Below, piece after piece: positions 34,600-46,689 of a stretch of 62,182 nt of DNA. The stretch covers positions 197,824,497 to 197,886,678 of the forward strand of contig NC_068981.1 in the NCBI RefSeq assembly GCF_001194135.2, read 5' to 3'. The notes under the pieces are model-generated. The model was given only the letters and a program-made list of their open reading frames with translations. It was not told the DNA's origin and made no database searches. The position numbers and the translations under genes are program-made. Positions within the stretch are counted from its first letter, which is position 1, and each line of letters begins with the position of its first letter. This stretch comes from Octopus bimaculoides (lineage: Eukaryota).

Positions 34600-35102
34600 N
34601 NNNNNNNNNNNNNNNNNNNNNNNNNNNNNNNNNNNNNNNNNNNNNNNNNNNNNNNNNNNNNNNNNNNNNNNNNNNNNNNNNNNNNNNNNNNNNNNNNNNN
34701 NNNNNNNNNNNNNNNNNNNNNNNNNNNNNNNNNNNNNNNNNNNNNNNNNNNNNNNNNNNNNNNNNNNNNNNNNNNNNNNNNNNNNNNNNNNNNNNNNNNN
34801 NNNNNNNNNNNNNNNNNNNNNNNNNNNNNNNNNNNNNNNNNNNNNNNNNNNNNNNNNNNNNNNNNNNNNNNNNNNNNNNNNNNNNNNNNNNNNNNNNNNN
34901 NNNNNNNNNNNNNNNNNNNNNNNNNNNNNNNNNNNNNNNNNNNNNNNNNNNNNNNNNNNNNNNNNNNNNNNNNNNNNNNNNNNNNNNNNNNNNNNNNNNN
35001 NNNNNNNNNNNNNNNNNNNNNNNNNNNNNNNNNNNNNNNNNNNNNNNNNNNNNNNNNNNNNNNNNNNNNNNNNNNNNNNNNNNNNNNNNNNNNNNNNNNN
35101 NN

Positions 35103-35145
<43 letters not shown>

Positions 35146-35160
35146 GCACACACACACACA
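34508..35160. repeat. (TG)n/(TA)n microsatellite spanning a gap
   Basis: Direct reading. Confidence 0.9.
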
Positions 35161-35684
35161 TTGTTACATATATAGTCACCTTTAAATATGTAGAGATCAT
35201 TTAGTAATGTTATTGTGAAGTTCTGACTTTGTTGGACCAGAGCAACCATTAAGGAGAGAGAGAAGGTCACATCAGTGGTCAGTTGAGTGGACTCAATAAA
35301 CTGAAATGAAATGCCTTGTGCAAGGACAGTCCCACCCGAACCACTTGGCCATGTATCTTCATTCAGACACAACTATTATAAAATAATATACATATAACAT
35401 TTATATGTATTTATATTTTTGTTATGTATTTGTTGTTATTCAGCAAAGATAATGGTGATGAGAAGATACAACAAGAAATAGTCTACCATCGAACTACAAC
35501 GATTTAATTTCATTCTTCTATGCTGTGAGTTCAATTCCTATCAGGTCTGAATTTGCTTTTCAGTCTTTCAGGGTCAGTAAAACATTTAACATCAATGTGA
35601 TCTTCTCCTTTCATTATTTCAATCAGCTGAAATTTTTCATATATTTTTGCTTTTTCAAACAAATGTTTGTCAATTAGATTTGGA

Positions 35685-36030
35685 TATTATTATTATTATT
35701 ATTTTGGTTTGGCTCAGGTTTGGTGTTGTTCCTGGCAGGAATGGCCGATTACTACCTATAACGTTAGATATCCACAAGTTTCCAGCAGTCTTTCAAGTGC
35801 TTAGAACCCTCCTGATGATCCTTGCTGTCTTCCCTAAGAGACAAACTTCCGAAGGAGCTTTACTGGGCATTCCATTCCAATCTCCTTCAGCCATTTCTTT
35901 ATATTTTGGCTAACTCTTCCCAACGCATCAATTATTAGGGGCACAACCTTTACTGTTCGCATGCTAAATATTCTACCTGTTTCTAATTTTAGGGGATTGT
36001 ATTTTCTTTGTTTTCGTTTTCTTTCTTCAC
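35685..36030 (-). mobile_element. R4/Dong-like 3' end with (TAA)n tail
   Basis: KYNPLKLETGRIFSMRTVKVVPLIIDALGRV..KWLKEIG..LGKTARIIRRVL; same family as 23470-23850. Confidence 0.85.
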
Positions 36031-36159
36031 AATCCTGGAATCAAATAAGCTCCTTCCTTCAAATTGCTGGCCTTGTGCCAAAATTAGAAAGAGACTACTA
36101 ATTAGTGGCTGCTTCTGTTTAATCTCCAAGACTACAGCATATTAAAGAAAGATTCCTTA

Positions 36160-36340
36160 CATCATCATCATCTAGGATCCATTTTCCATGCTGACATGTG
36201 TTGGACGGTTTGACTGCAACTGGTAAACCAGAGAGCTACACCAGGTTCCAGTCTGATTTGGAATGGTTTCTATGGCTGGATGCCCTTCCTAACACCAACC
36301 ACTCCAAAAGTGCAATCGGTGCCCTTTATGTGCCATCTTG
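36160..36340 (-). mobile_element. RTE-type 3' end with (GAT)n tail
   Basis: catcatcatc..tccattttccatgctgacatgtgttggacggtttgact...ggctggatgcccttcctaacaccaaccactcc. Confidence 0.85.
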
Positions 36341-37049
36341 ATTACAAATCAAAAGACACCCAACTTTGGTCAGTTTTCTGAATTGAGACACAAAATCTTA
36401 CTTTCGTTCCCAAATCTATAAATTTCTTTGATGTGATATTATCTTTGCAAACAACAGGACTGTCACAACGTCCATTTGTTTTACTCCAGAATCTTGAAAT
36501 ATAAAAATTTAAAGAATCTTCTACTTTCACGTTGATGCTGACAACAGGGCCAGGACTTTGGTTCAAGAACCTTTAATTCTCAGAATTCTTCATAGGCCAG
36601 GATAATCTTTCATTTATGTTGTGGGGTTCGTTTTAACAATCATTCACAACATCCAGTCATTCACAACATCCATTTCTCACCATAAAAATGGAATCAGATG
36701 TTTTAATGGAAGAAAGTCTTATTTTCTCCACAAATTGCATCAAAATTCCAATTTCGGTTCCTTGTCAGACTGTTTTCTTTTACCCCGTAAATAAAGATGA
36801 ACTCCAGGTTTCCCCACTTGTATTTGCTGTTCCATTTTTTACTAAGAAGCGTCTCAGAGAAATTAGATTTGGTTTCAGCAGGTTTATATAGTCTTAGTAA
36901 AGGGAGGTAACTTATAAGTTAGCTCCCTTGACCAACTGAGGAAGTTCTAAAATGCAAGGACGCTCATAGTTGAATCTTAGGTTCGATAGATTTACAACTG
37001 GACATGCTATTTGCAGCTACTATATAATACGCTGTATGTAATATGTATC

Positions 37050-37191
37050 ATATACATACGTGGTTGTATGGTTAGAAGCTTACTTCCCAACCACACGGTT
37101 TCTGGTTCAGTCCCACTTCGTGGCACCTTGGGCAAGTGTCTTCTACAATAGCCTTGTGAGTGGATTTGATAGACGGAAACTGAAAGAAGCC

Positions 37192-37237
<46 letters not shown>

Positions 37238-37430
37238 ATGTTTGTGTTCCCCATCATTGCTTGACAACCTGTGTTGGTGTGTTTACGTCCCCAATAACAT
37301 TAGCGGTCCGGCAACAAAGACTGATAGAATAAGTACTAGGCTTACAAAGAATAAGTCCTGGGGTAGATTTGCTTGACTAAAGGCAGTGCTCCAGCATGGC
37401 CGCGGTCAAATGACTGAAACAAATAAAAGA
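37050..37430 (+). mobile_element. SINE family C, full length with internal (TA)(TG) tract and type 1 tail
   Basis: Head as at 4607/44190/50383; tail gcttgacaacc..ttggtgtgtttac..aataagtac..ctgggg..gtgctccagcatggccgcggtcaaatgactgaaacaaataaaaga. Confidence 0.9.
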
Positions 37431-37654
37431 GTGTGTGTGCCGACGAGAGAGAGCAGCTTTGCTTGACGTTCGACTTGCAAAAAACAGCAGCCTTCATTCA
37501 TTTTAAAAAATGATGACGTTTTCGATAATCTTGGATCTACATTGAGTTTGGGCAAAACAAGACGGGCTACTTGCAGCTTGGACATAGGACTGCTGGATCA
37601 GGGCTGGTCTAGGACTAAACAGTTGTAGACTTCTCATAATAAAAGATTGACATT

Positions 37655-38630
37655 TATCATCATCATCATTTAGTGTCCATTTTCCATGCAGTTTGATTGG
37701 AACTGGTAAGCTGGAGAGCTGCACCAGGCTCCAATCTTATTTGGTTTGGTTTCTATGGCTGGATGCCCTTCCTAATGCCAACCACTCCAAGAGTGTAGAG
37801 GTTGCCTTTTACATGTCACCAACACTGTCCATGATTATGATTTCACTTGGCTTGATGAGTCTTATCAAGCACAGCAAATCGCCAAAGGTTTCAATCACTT
37901 GTCATCGCCTCTGTGGAACTCAACATCCAAAGATCATGCTTCACCACCTCGTGCCATGTCTTCCTGGGTCTACCTCTACCACAGGTTCCCTCCATAGTTA
38001 GAAACCGGCACTTGTTTACACATTTGTCCTCATCCATATGCATCACATGACCATACCAGTGCAGTTTTCTCTCTTGTACACCACATCTGATGCCTCTTAC
38101 GCCCAGTTTTTCTCTCAAGATCTTACACTCTGTCGTACATGCACACTGACATTGCACATCCAGTGAAGCATACTAGCTTCATTTCTTTCAATCCTTCACA
38201 TGTCTTCTGCAGCCACAGCCCATGTTTCATTGCCATGTAGCATAGCAGTTTGCACACAGGCATCATACAATCTGCCCTTCTCTCTGAGAGAGAGGCCCTT
38301 TGTTACCAACAAAGGTGGAAGTTCACTGAGCTTAGCCCAGCTTATTCTTATTCTAACAGCTATACTCTCAGAACTGCTGACTTGGTCACCCAGATAACAG
38401 AAGCTATCAATTATTTCTAAGTATCCCCACTGACATTTGCTGATGTCTATTTTCTGTATATTTCTAGTGTTTATTGTACCTGTACATCTGCCACACACAA
38501 AGACTATGTTCTCTGTTAACCTTCCTCTGATACTGCTGCACCTCTTATGTGTACCCAGCTTGCACTGGGTACATCTTATGGAGCTTCTACCTACACCTTT
38601 TCTCCAGATTGAAGAGATTTCTGCGTAAAG
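37655..38630 (-). mobile_element. 5'-truncated RTE-clade LINE with 3' UTR and (GAT)n tail
   Basis: LEIIDSFCYLGD..RIRISWAKL..KGRLYDACVQTAMLHGNETWA; ERKLHWYGHVMHMD..GRGRPRKTWHEVVKHDL. Confidence 0.9.
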
Positions 38631-39134
38631 AATCTATAGTTAAGTGCTAAGACTCTCTCAAAATTGTATAATGGGAAGAAAGATTATCCAAAATATGCCA
38701 TTGGCGATTGTAACACTTAACTGTATGTTTTTCATGCAGGAAGCATCCCTGAGAAAACTTGCCATGGCATTGGTTGGTGGATGACAGAATCGCTAGGGTC
38801 TCAGACAAAATACCTTGTGGTATTCCTTCTGGCTCTCAGTTGAAATCCCACCAAGACCAACTTTGCCTTTCTTCCTTTCAATGTTGATAAAATAAAGGGA
38901 CCAGCAAACTGCTCCAATTGCTGTCAGCTCACACTCTCCTTAAATTTCAGGCTTTCTATTTCAATTAGAAACATTGAATTTCATCATCATCATCATCATT
39001 TAACGTCAAGCAAGTGACAAGCAAATCTGTGGTATTAAGCAGAATATTTGCTGTAGCCCATCTTTTCATACCAAGACAAAACAATGTACATGATAATATT
39101 TCCAATAATTTAAGATCAAAAGCCATGAGAGCTC

Positions 39135-39608
39135 ACTTTATATGTCTGTAGTAGTGAGTCCATGTTTCTGCCCCATACAAAAGTGTGCTCAGAATGAAAG
39201 ATTTGTATTCGCTTATTTTAGTTTTCAGACTGACGTCGGGTTCATCCCACAGACAATGGACAACTCTTCCGAAAGCATTTGCAGCCCCAGATATTCTAAC
39301 ATTGATTTCGTCATCAAAATTACTCCTAAAGTTTACTGAACTTCCATCTTGAGGCTTCATTGAAAAGAATATGTAAAAAACCACAGGAACTAAAATACAG
39401 CCTTGTTTGGTTCCAGTGGCAACAGAAGATGCCTCTGAAGACTGCTCGATATCTTTGCTGCCAGCATTCTTTCTTGCAAAGATTCTGTTCTATGACAGAA
39501 AGACCAATTTTTGATAAAATTTTCCAGAGGGCCTCACGATTCACTTTACCAAATGCTTTGATCAAGTTGACAAGTATTTTTCTCATTTACTCTTTCTTGA
39601 ACTTGCCG
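39135..39608 (-). mobile_element. RTE (BovB-like) RT fragment
   Basis: LIKAFGKVNREALWKILSKIG; GTKQGCILAPV; DDEINVRISGAANAFGR..LSTLLYGAETWT. Confidence 0.85.
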
Positions 39609-40254
39609 NNNNNNNNNNNNNNNNNNNNNNNNNNNNNNNNNNNNNNNNNNNNNNNNNNNNNNNNNNNNNNNNNNNNNNNNNNNNNNNNNNNNNNNNNNNN
39701 NNNNNNNNNNNNNNNNNNNNNNNNNNNNNNNNNNNNNNNNNNNNNNNNNNNNNNNNNNNNNNNNNNNNNNNNNNNNNNNNNNNNNNNNNNNNNNNNNNNN
39801 NNNNNNNNNNNNNNNNNNNNNNNNNNNNNNNNNNNNNNNNNNNNNNNNNNNNNNNNNNNNNNNNNNNNNNNNNNNNNNNNNNNNNNNNNNNNNNNNNNNN
39901 NNNNNNNNNNNNNNNNNNNNNNNNNNNNNNNNNNNNNNNNNNNNNNNNNNNNNNNNNNNNNNNNNNNNNNNNNNNNNNNNNNNNNNNNNNNNNNNNNNNN
40001 NNNNNNNNNNNNNNNNNNNNNNNNNNNNNNNNNNNNNNNNNNNNNNNNNNNNNNNNNNNNNNNNNNNNNNNNNNNNNNNNNNNNNNNNNNNNNNNNNNNN
40101 NNNNNNNNNNNNNNNNNNNNNNNNNNNNNNNNNNNNNNNNNNNNNNNNNNNNNNNNNNNNNNNNNNNNNNAAGAGCCCCGCCCTCTTTTTCCCCCATCAT
40201 CTCAAAGGCCATAGTAAAAAAAAAAGGGTTGGGAACCACTGCTCTGCAGTGAAG

Positions 40255-40440
40255 GGAGTGAGCCGGTAGGATCGTCATCATGCCGGACAAAATGCTTAAC
40301 GGTATTTCTTCCGGCTCCTTGTGTTCTGAGTTCAAATCCTATCGAGATCAACTTCACCTTTATACTTTCGGGTCATGTACTGGGGGGGGGGGGCGCTGTA
40401 ATCGGCTTACCCCCTCCCGCCAAACATTACTGGCCTTGAA
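40255..40440 (+). mobile_element. SINE family D
   Basis: gccggacaaaatgcttaacggtatttc..gttctgagttcaaatcc...gtaatcggcttaccccctccc..ctggccttg. Confidence 0.8.
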
Positions 40441-41059
40441 TCCTGCAACGAACCTGTGTCTCGTGAAATGGGAATGCTATGATCTCGGCCACTTGAACGA
40501 CATTGAAACCGAGGAACTGGTGTCGTGAGACCGAGGGTTGTAGATGTCTGAGAGACAGCAATTCCCGTTTTCTATCTCTTTCTGCCGTCCAATCCAAGCA
40601 GTAGGCCTTGAGGTGGCATTCGTCTGCAATGACGTCTCAAACACAGGTTCGGTTTGAGTGGGAGAGCAACAGGATGTAGAAGAGTCTGCAAAATTATTCC
40701 AGCTGCCCACGGCATGCATCTGTTGTATTGACGGATTATATTACAAGCAAGCATTATCGTGTGCGCGCGCGCGCGCGTTTAACTTATCAGCACACACGCA
40801 ATAAACATGTTCACTTGAATACATAAACACAGACACACACACACACATACATACACACACAAACGTACGCACTTACAGAAAATAATACATTATTGTTATA
40901 ATTAGACAATAAGCAATATTTATACACAAAAGATAGATACATAGACAGATAGATAGACCAGAGTGAGCACATAAATGTGAAACAAAGTGGGAAAATATAG
41001 TACTCGAATACGGGAGATAGAGTAATATACTTTACTGAAAAAGCTGCAAAGACACCACA

Positions 41060-41105
41060 AAAACTGTTACTCAGAGTTTCATGTTCCCATTCATCGGACG
41101 GTTTT
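41060..41105 (-). ncRNA. Minimal hammerhead ribozyme with U4C change
   Basis: AAAACCGU CCGAUGA AUG GGAA CAU GAAAC UCUGA GUA ACAGUUUU: helix I 8 bp (1 mismatch), helix II 3 bp + GNRA loop, helix III ACUC-U-GAGU. Confidence 0.72.
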
Positions 41106-41189
41106 GGTTGAGAACGGAACAAAAACTAAGGTCATATCTATAAATATACAATTACGTTGATGGTTTTCTTTCTTTGGTCCTTTCAACTA

Positions 41190-42075
41190 ACGGTCTTTTC
41201 AATAACCGTCCGCTATGAGGACAGCCTCCAAGTATCGATGGTCTACCCTATCGAAGGCTTTGGATTGATCCAAATTTATCAGGGCCCCACCCATGCCAGG
41301 TTCCTTAACTACTCTGTTTATGATGTAGCGCATCAGATGGAGGTTGTCATGGATGCTCCGGCACGGCACATGTTTGCGCCTTGTCGACCAGTTTCTCGAT
41401 GACAAGTGCCAACTTCTTGGCTAACACCTTGGCCAAAATTTTCAAGTCTGCATTGAGCAGAGTGACGGGCCTAAAGTTATCTATTACGTCCCCCTTGTTT
41501 GGTTCTTTCTTCAGCAGCGTTACGGCTCCTCGGCTCACAAAATCTGGGATGCTACCATTTTGCTGCCAGTTGCAGTACACTGCTGTCAAGACGTCTCCAA
41601 ACAAGTCTGGCATACAACTGTAAAGCTCGTAGGGTAGACCATCCAAACCCGGCGATTTATCCCTCGAGCTTCTGCCATCGCGTCCCGCACTTCCACCGCC
41701 GTGATGGCACCTTCGCAGCACCTTGCCTCTCTTGTCGAGAGTCGTGGCAGGCTGTGCAGGTAGGCACTGAAGTCCACCCTGCGTTCTCGCTCGTCAATCG
41801 CCCCGAACAGTCGGGCAAAATGCTGTTGAAAAGCCTCACACATTTTACTTGGCTCGAGTAATTAGCGCCCCTGTTCATCTACCAGAGACCGAATGGTGGT
41901 TCTGTTGCCCTGTTGCGCCTCTGCCACCCGGGCCTCTCGCGCGGCTTCAACACCTTTGTTCCTTAGAGCATGCATCCTAGCTCTGACAACACACCCTTCG
42001 AGTTTGGCGTTGAAGTGTTGGTCGAGGGCCAACTTCACCGCCAAAGCGTCGGATGCGATGCCACTTCCAATCGCT
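41190..42075 (-). mobile_element. L1/Tx1-clade LINE RT fragment
   Basis: KSPGLDGLPYELY..NFRPVTLLNADLKILAKVLA..RSIHDNLHLMRYII..ALINLDQSKAFDRVDHRYL; GC-rich, frameshifted. Confidence 0.88.
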
Positions 42076-42220
42076 AGGTAGATAGATAGATAGATAGATA
42101 GATAGACAGGTAGGTAGATCTACCTACCATTTTATCTCTCGCTCTATTTCACTATTGAAGCAGTTTTTGCTCTAAAACCACCCAAAACACCTTTAAAAAG
42201 TGCCAAAACTGTAAAGTCTA

Positions 42221-42296
42221 TTAACTTCAATTCAATTGGGAAGTTAATCAGTCTGGTAATGATTTCCAAAGTTAACTTTAAAGTTAACTAGTTAAC
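42221..42296. repeat. Cluster of overlapping GTTAAC palindromes
   Basis: AGTTAACTTTAAAGTTAACT (42270-42289, perfect 20-mer), GTTAACTAGTTAAC (42283-42296), TTAACTTC..GAAGTTAA hairpin (42221-42247). Confidence 0.8.
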
Positions 42297-43154
42297 GAAA
42301 ATGTCAACTTCGTTATCTAACGATTAACGCATTTACGGTTTGGTGCCCAAGTTTGCTAACTTCCCATCGGAGGAAACATTCTGAACGCCATGAATTCTTG
42401 ACTATTTCCTCACCATTTGATATAACATCATCTCCTTTGTAGAAGAATGACATCTTGATAATAATCCTTTCTATTACAGACACAAGGCCTGAAATTNNNN
42501 NNNNNNNNNNNNNNNNNNNNNNNNNNNNNNNNNNNNNNNNNNNNNNNNNNNNNNNNNNNNNNNNNNNNNNNNNNNNNNNNNNNNNNNNNNNNNNNNNNNN
42601 NNNNNNNNNNNNNNNNNNNNNNNNNNNNNNNNNNNNNNNNNNNNNNNNNNNNNNNNNNNNNNNNNNNNNNNNNNNNNNNNNNNNNNNNNNNNNNNNNNNN
42701 NNNNNNNNNNNNNNNNNNNNNNNNNNNNNNNNNNNNNNNNNNNNNNNNNNNNNNNNNNNNNNNNNNNNNNNNNNNNNNNNNNNNNNNNNNNNNNNNNNNN
42801 NNNNNNNNNNNNNNNNNNNNNNNNNNNNNNNNNNNNNNNNNNNNNNNNNNNNNNNNNNNNNNNNNNNNNNNNNNNNNNNNNNNNNNNNNNNNNNNNNNNN
42901 NNNNNNNNNNNNNNNNNNNNNNNNNNNNNNNNNNNNNNNNNNNNNNNNNNNNNNNNNNNNNNNNNNNNNNNNNNNNNNNNNNNNNNNNNNNNNNNNNNNN
43001 NNNNNNNNNNNNNNNNNNNNNNNNNNNNNNNNNNNNNNNNNNNNNNNNNNNNNNNNNTTCATCTGCCCCACCACCACCACCCCCAGTCCCTTTAGGAACT
43101 TTTTAGGTGGCACCGTTCTTCCTGGTCTGGATAATCTATAAAAACAATCAGCCC

Positions 43155-43380
43155 GAAATCATCATCATCATCATCGCAATTTTCATCGTCATCATCACCA
43201 TCACCATCACCATCACCATCCTCATCGTCGTCGTCATCACCATCACTATCGTAATCATCATAGTCGTCGGCATCATCATCCTCATCATCATCATCCTCAT
43301 CATCATCATCATCGTCATTGTCATCGGCATCATCATCATCACCATCAACATCATCTTCGTCACCACCAACACCAACAGCC
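43155..43380. repeat. (CAT/CAC/CGT)n degenerate trinucleotide tract
   Basis: Direct reading. Confidence 0.9.
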
Positions 43381-43539
43381 CTCCACTCGTCTTGACATAT
43401 TCAAGATTAGGGTCGTTATCAACCAAGGCCTTCAGGCCCCCCTCTCTTGACAGACAGACAGAACATTCTTTTCTTTAGCCCTAGGACTCGTAAGGCTTGT
43501 TACCCAATTCCCATGGCTTATAAATGACTGAGATTGCAG

Positions 43540-43750
43540 ACCATTGCAGAATTCAAGTCCAGCAATTTTGAGGGGAGGGGGACAGGTCAATCACACTGGC
43601 ACTATTACTCGAACGGTAGTTCGTTGACCCCGAACGGATAAAAGATGAAGTCGACCTTGGTGTGATTTGAACTCAGAACATTATGAATCGGAAGAAATAT
43701 CTCGTGGCTTTCTGTGCAACGAGCTAATGGGTCCGCCACCCCGCCACCTT
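43540..43750 (-). mobile_element. SINE family D, degraded
   Basis: ttgaccccgaacggataaaagatgaagtcgacc..atttgaactcagaac. Confidence 0.75.
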
Positions 43751-44189
43751 TTATGGTTTATATAAAGCGGCAAGATGGCGGACTCATAGGATAGGATAAA
43801 AATCTTTCATGCTTGGTGTGCGCGTAGGTGTGTGTGTGTGTGTGCATGTATGTGTGCGTGCGTGTGTGTGTGCATGCGTGTATGCACGTGTGTGTGCATG
43901 TATGTGCGTGTTTGTGCGTGTGTGTGTATGTGTATGCATATACGTGCGTGTGTGTATGTGTGTGTGCGTGATATTTCAGTAGATGTGTCACTTGCTCAAG
44001 TCTAATGTCACTTCTTATATCTTATCGTCTGCATCATTTCACACAGACGATAATGAATCCCATTTCCTCAGCACAGCAGGTTACAAGAAATAGTCCACAA
44101 GAAGTAATGAGAAAAAATACTGCTGCTGGCGAAAATTTCCAAAATGGTTAGAGTTAGAAGACAAGGAATAGTGTATTGTTCTTAACATA

Positions 44190-44707
44190 TAGGCGCAGGC
44201 GTGGCTGTGTGGTAAGAAGCTTGCTTCTCAACCACATTGTTCCGGGTTCGGTCCCACTGTGTTGGCACCTTAGGCATGCGTCTTCTACTATAGCCTCGAG
44301 CCGACCAAGACCTTGTGAATGGAGTCGGTAGACGGAAACTGAGGAAAGCCCATTTGTGTCCCGTTGTCTTGGACTTCATGTGATGGCTATGAACGAGAAT
44401 CACCTTTGTGCAATGAATGCTGCTCCTTGCGAGTTTTCTAAGAAAAAACATGTCTGGTCATGAGAAAATATTTCGTTCGCAGAAACAGGCGAGAGTTGGT
44501 GAATGGAAGAGCGTCCGGATGTAGAGAGTCTGCCTCAACAAATACCGTATGAGCCATGCGAACATGGAAAAGTGGACATTAAAGACGACCACGACCACGA
44601 CGATGATGATTATGATGATGACGACGACGACGATGACGATGATGGTGATGACGATGACGACGACGATGAGGATGATAGCACTGATGATGATGATGATGAT
44701 GATGATA
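44190..44707 (+). mobile_element. SINE family C head with RTE-like tail ending in (GAC/GAT)n
   Basis: Head ggcgcaggcgtggctgtgtggtaagaagc..gggttcggtccc; 3' end catggaaaagtggacattaaa(gac/gat)n matches the RTE terminus. Confidence 0.85.
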
Positions 44708-45159
44708 CATAATACTGGAACTGTGCTCCCTACATTCCACAAGCGAAGTCTTTTGTTACAATTCTTCCTTTTAAACAACAACAAAATGTCAAAAGTTGGC
44801 CCAAAACAGAAACAGATTATTGAGTAGAATAAAATGGAGTTTTCTATGTCAAAGTATAGAATGGTGAAGAATCGCATCAAGCAGACGACAATGGTTTGCT
44901 GTCAATACAGTTGAAGATTTCACTAAATGAACCAATATATTTTGGCTGAACAACCTAATAAGAAATGGCAGCTCGAATAAAAGAGAAAATGGTATTTGGG
45001 GTCTGAAAAGAAAACCTGTTTTTCTTATCATAATAAACCGTCCTCCGAGGTCGACTTTGCCTTTCATCCTTTCGGGATCGATAAAATAAATACCAGTTGA
45101 ACACTTGGACTAAATTTGAAAGTAATGTTTTACTTAACACAAGTTCAAATCACGTCAGA

Positions 45160-45260
45160 GTCACCAAATGTAACGGAAATAGTATTCGTTGTAGTTCTGG
45201 GTCACCAATGTAACGGTTAGTTTTTCGTTGCAGTCGAGGGTCACCAATTGTAACGGTTGT
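45160..45260. repeat. Three ~40-bp tandem units beginning GTCACCAA(A/T)TGTAACGG
   Basis: Units at 45160, 45201, 45240; intervening parts are related to each other. Confidence 0.8.
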
Positions 45261-45959
45261 TGTTATCGGTTGGTTAAGGTGTTGGTTGCCATTTGTAGAT
45301 GAAAGAAGAACAGAGACCCAAGTTGTAAAGAAGTATTTATTTACCGTTACTTTAATATATGCCATACCACGACGGGTGGGCTAGTGTAATAGTTATAACA
45401 CAGTTCGTAAAGCATGTAAGGTAAAGAAAGTTAATTTCGGCCTGTATATGTGTGTACACGATCTCATAATAGTATATATAGAGAGAGATATGGTAATGTT
45501 ACAGAGAAAAGAAAGTGAGTTAGTGAAAGTGAGAGTGGTGGGACGAAACAATTTTTTCGTTGGTGAGTTACCATAGTTGTCCCTTTGTGCTTTTCCTTCA
45601 GAAATGGCGTTTTGTTCAGCCGGTCAGCCAAACTCGGTTCTTACTAACTGACTTTGGCTTGTGGAGTTCTTTTTTTTTTTTATAACTATCCAAAACCAGC
45701 CAGGAGGATCGACATGTTGTTGAGAACAATAGATTTCGTTGGCGGTCTGTTGTCTCTATTCTGACTTGTGGTGGCTCAGAAGAGGTTAGGATCGTCAAGT
45801 GGCAAAGACATTATTCTGCTTAGCGAAGGCATCTGGCAAATGTATAACTGCTGTCACTCACAGAAAAACTATTGTTTTATCGTGAGAAAAGTGTTGTTGA
45901 ACTGTTAAGTGAAATTTGGCGATTGAGGATCGAATCCACGCTATGCCTGCATTTAAGCC

Positions 45960-46020
<61 letters not shown>

Positions 46021-46477
46021 GGAGATAGAAAGAGAGAAACAACTCGTTTTAAATCTTTCAGCGAGAAATATACAGTAACAGTACCGAATAGTAAAGTTCG
46101 TGGAGNNNNNNNNNNNNNNNNNNNNNNNNNNNNNNNNNNNNNNNNNNNNNNNNNNNNNNNNNNNNNNNNNNNNNNNNNNNNNNNNNNNNNNNNNNNNNNN
46201 NNNNNNNNNNNNNNNNNNNNNNNNNNNNNNNNNNNNNNNNNNNNNNNNNNNNNNNNNNNNNNNNNNNNNNNNNNNNNNNNNNNNNNNNNNNNNNNNNNNN
46301 NNNNNNNNNNNNNNNNNNNNNNNNNNNNNNNNNNNNNNNNNNNNNNNNNNNNNNNNNATTTATTGAGCGAAAACACCTAAAAACAGTTCCAAGGGGTTCT
46401 GGCAGGGGGTTGTGGCGAACCCTGCTGTACTCTTTCACCACAACTTTCTCTCACTCTTTCTTCCTGTTTCTGTTGCG

Positions 46478-46657
46478 CCTGTATTTCAAAGGGCCTGCCT
46501 TGTCACACTCTGTGTCACGCTGAATCTCCCCGAGAACTACGTTAAGGGTACACGTGTCTGTGGAGTGCTCAGCCACTTGCACGTTAATTTCACGAGCAGG
46601 CTGTTCCGTTGATCGAATCAACTGGAACTCTCGTCGTCGTAACCGACGGAGTGCCAC
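46478..46657 (+). mobile_element. SINE family A, 3' half
   Basis: cctgtatttcaaaggg..cacgctgaatctcc..gtaaccgacggagtgcca, close to 60440-60612. Confidence 0.9.
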
Positions 46658-46689
46658 GGGTGGGGTTTATTTGCCAACAGAATGTGTCG

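Noticed and set aside
40440-40760. Minus-strand VIADECH as a helicase motif II
   Set aside because: Isolated, flanked by stops, and no other helicase motifs.
41190-42075. GC-rich island as bacterial contamination or HGT
   Set aside because: Translation shows a eukaryotic Tx1/L1 reverse transcriptase.
45160-45260. 17-bp repeats with 23-24-nt spacers (CRISPR-like look)
   Set aside because: Only three units, the spacers are homologous to each other, the context is eukaryotic and there are no cas genes.
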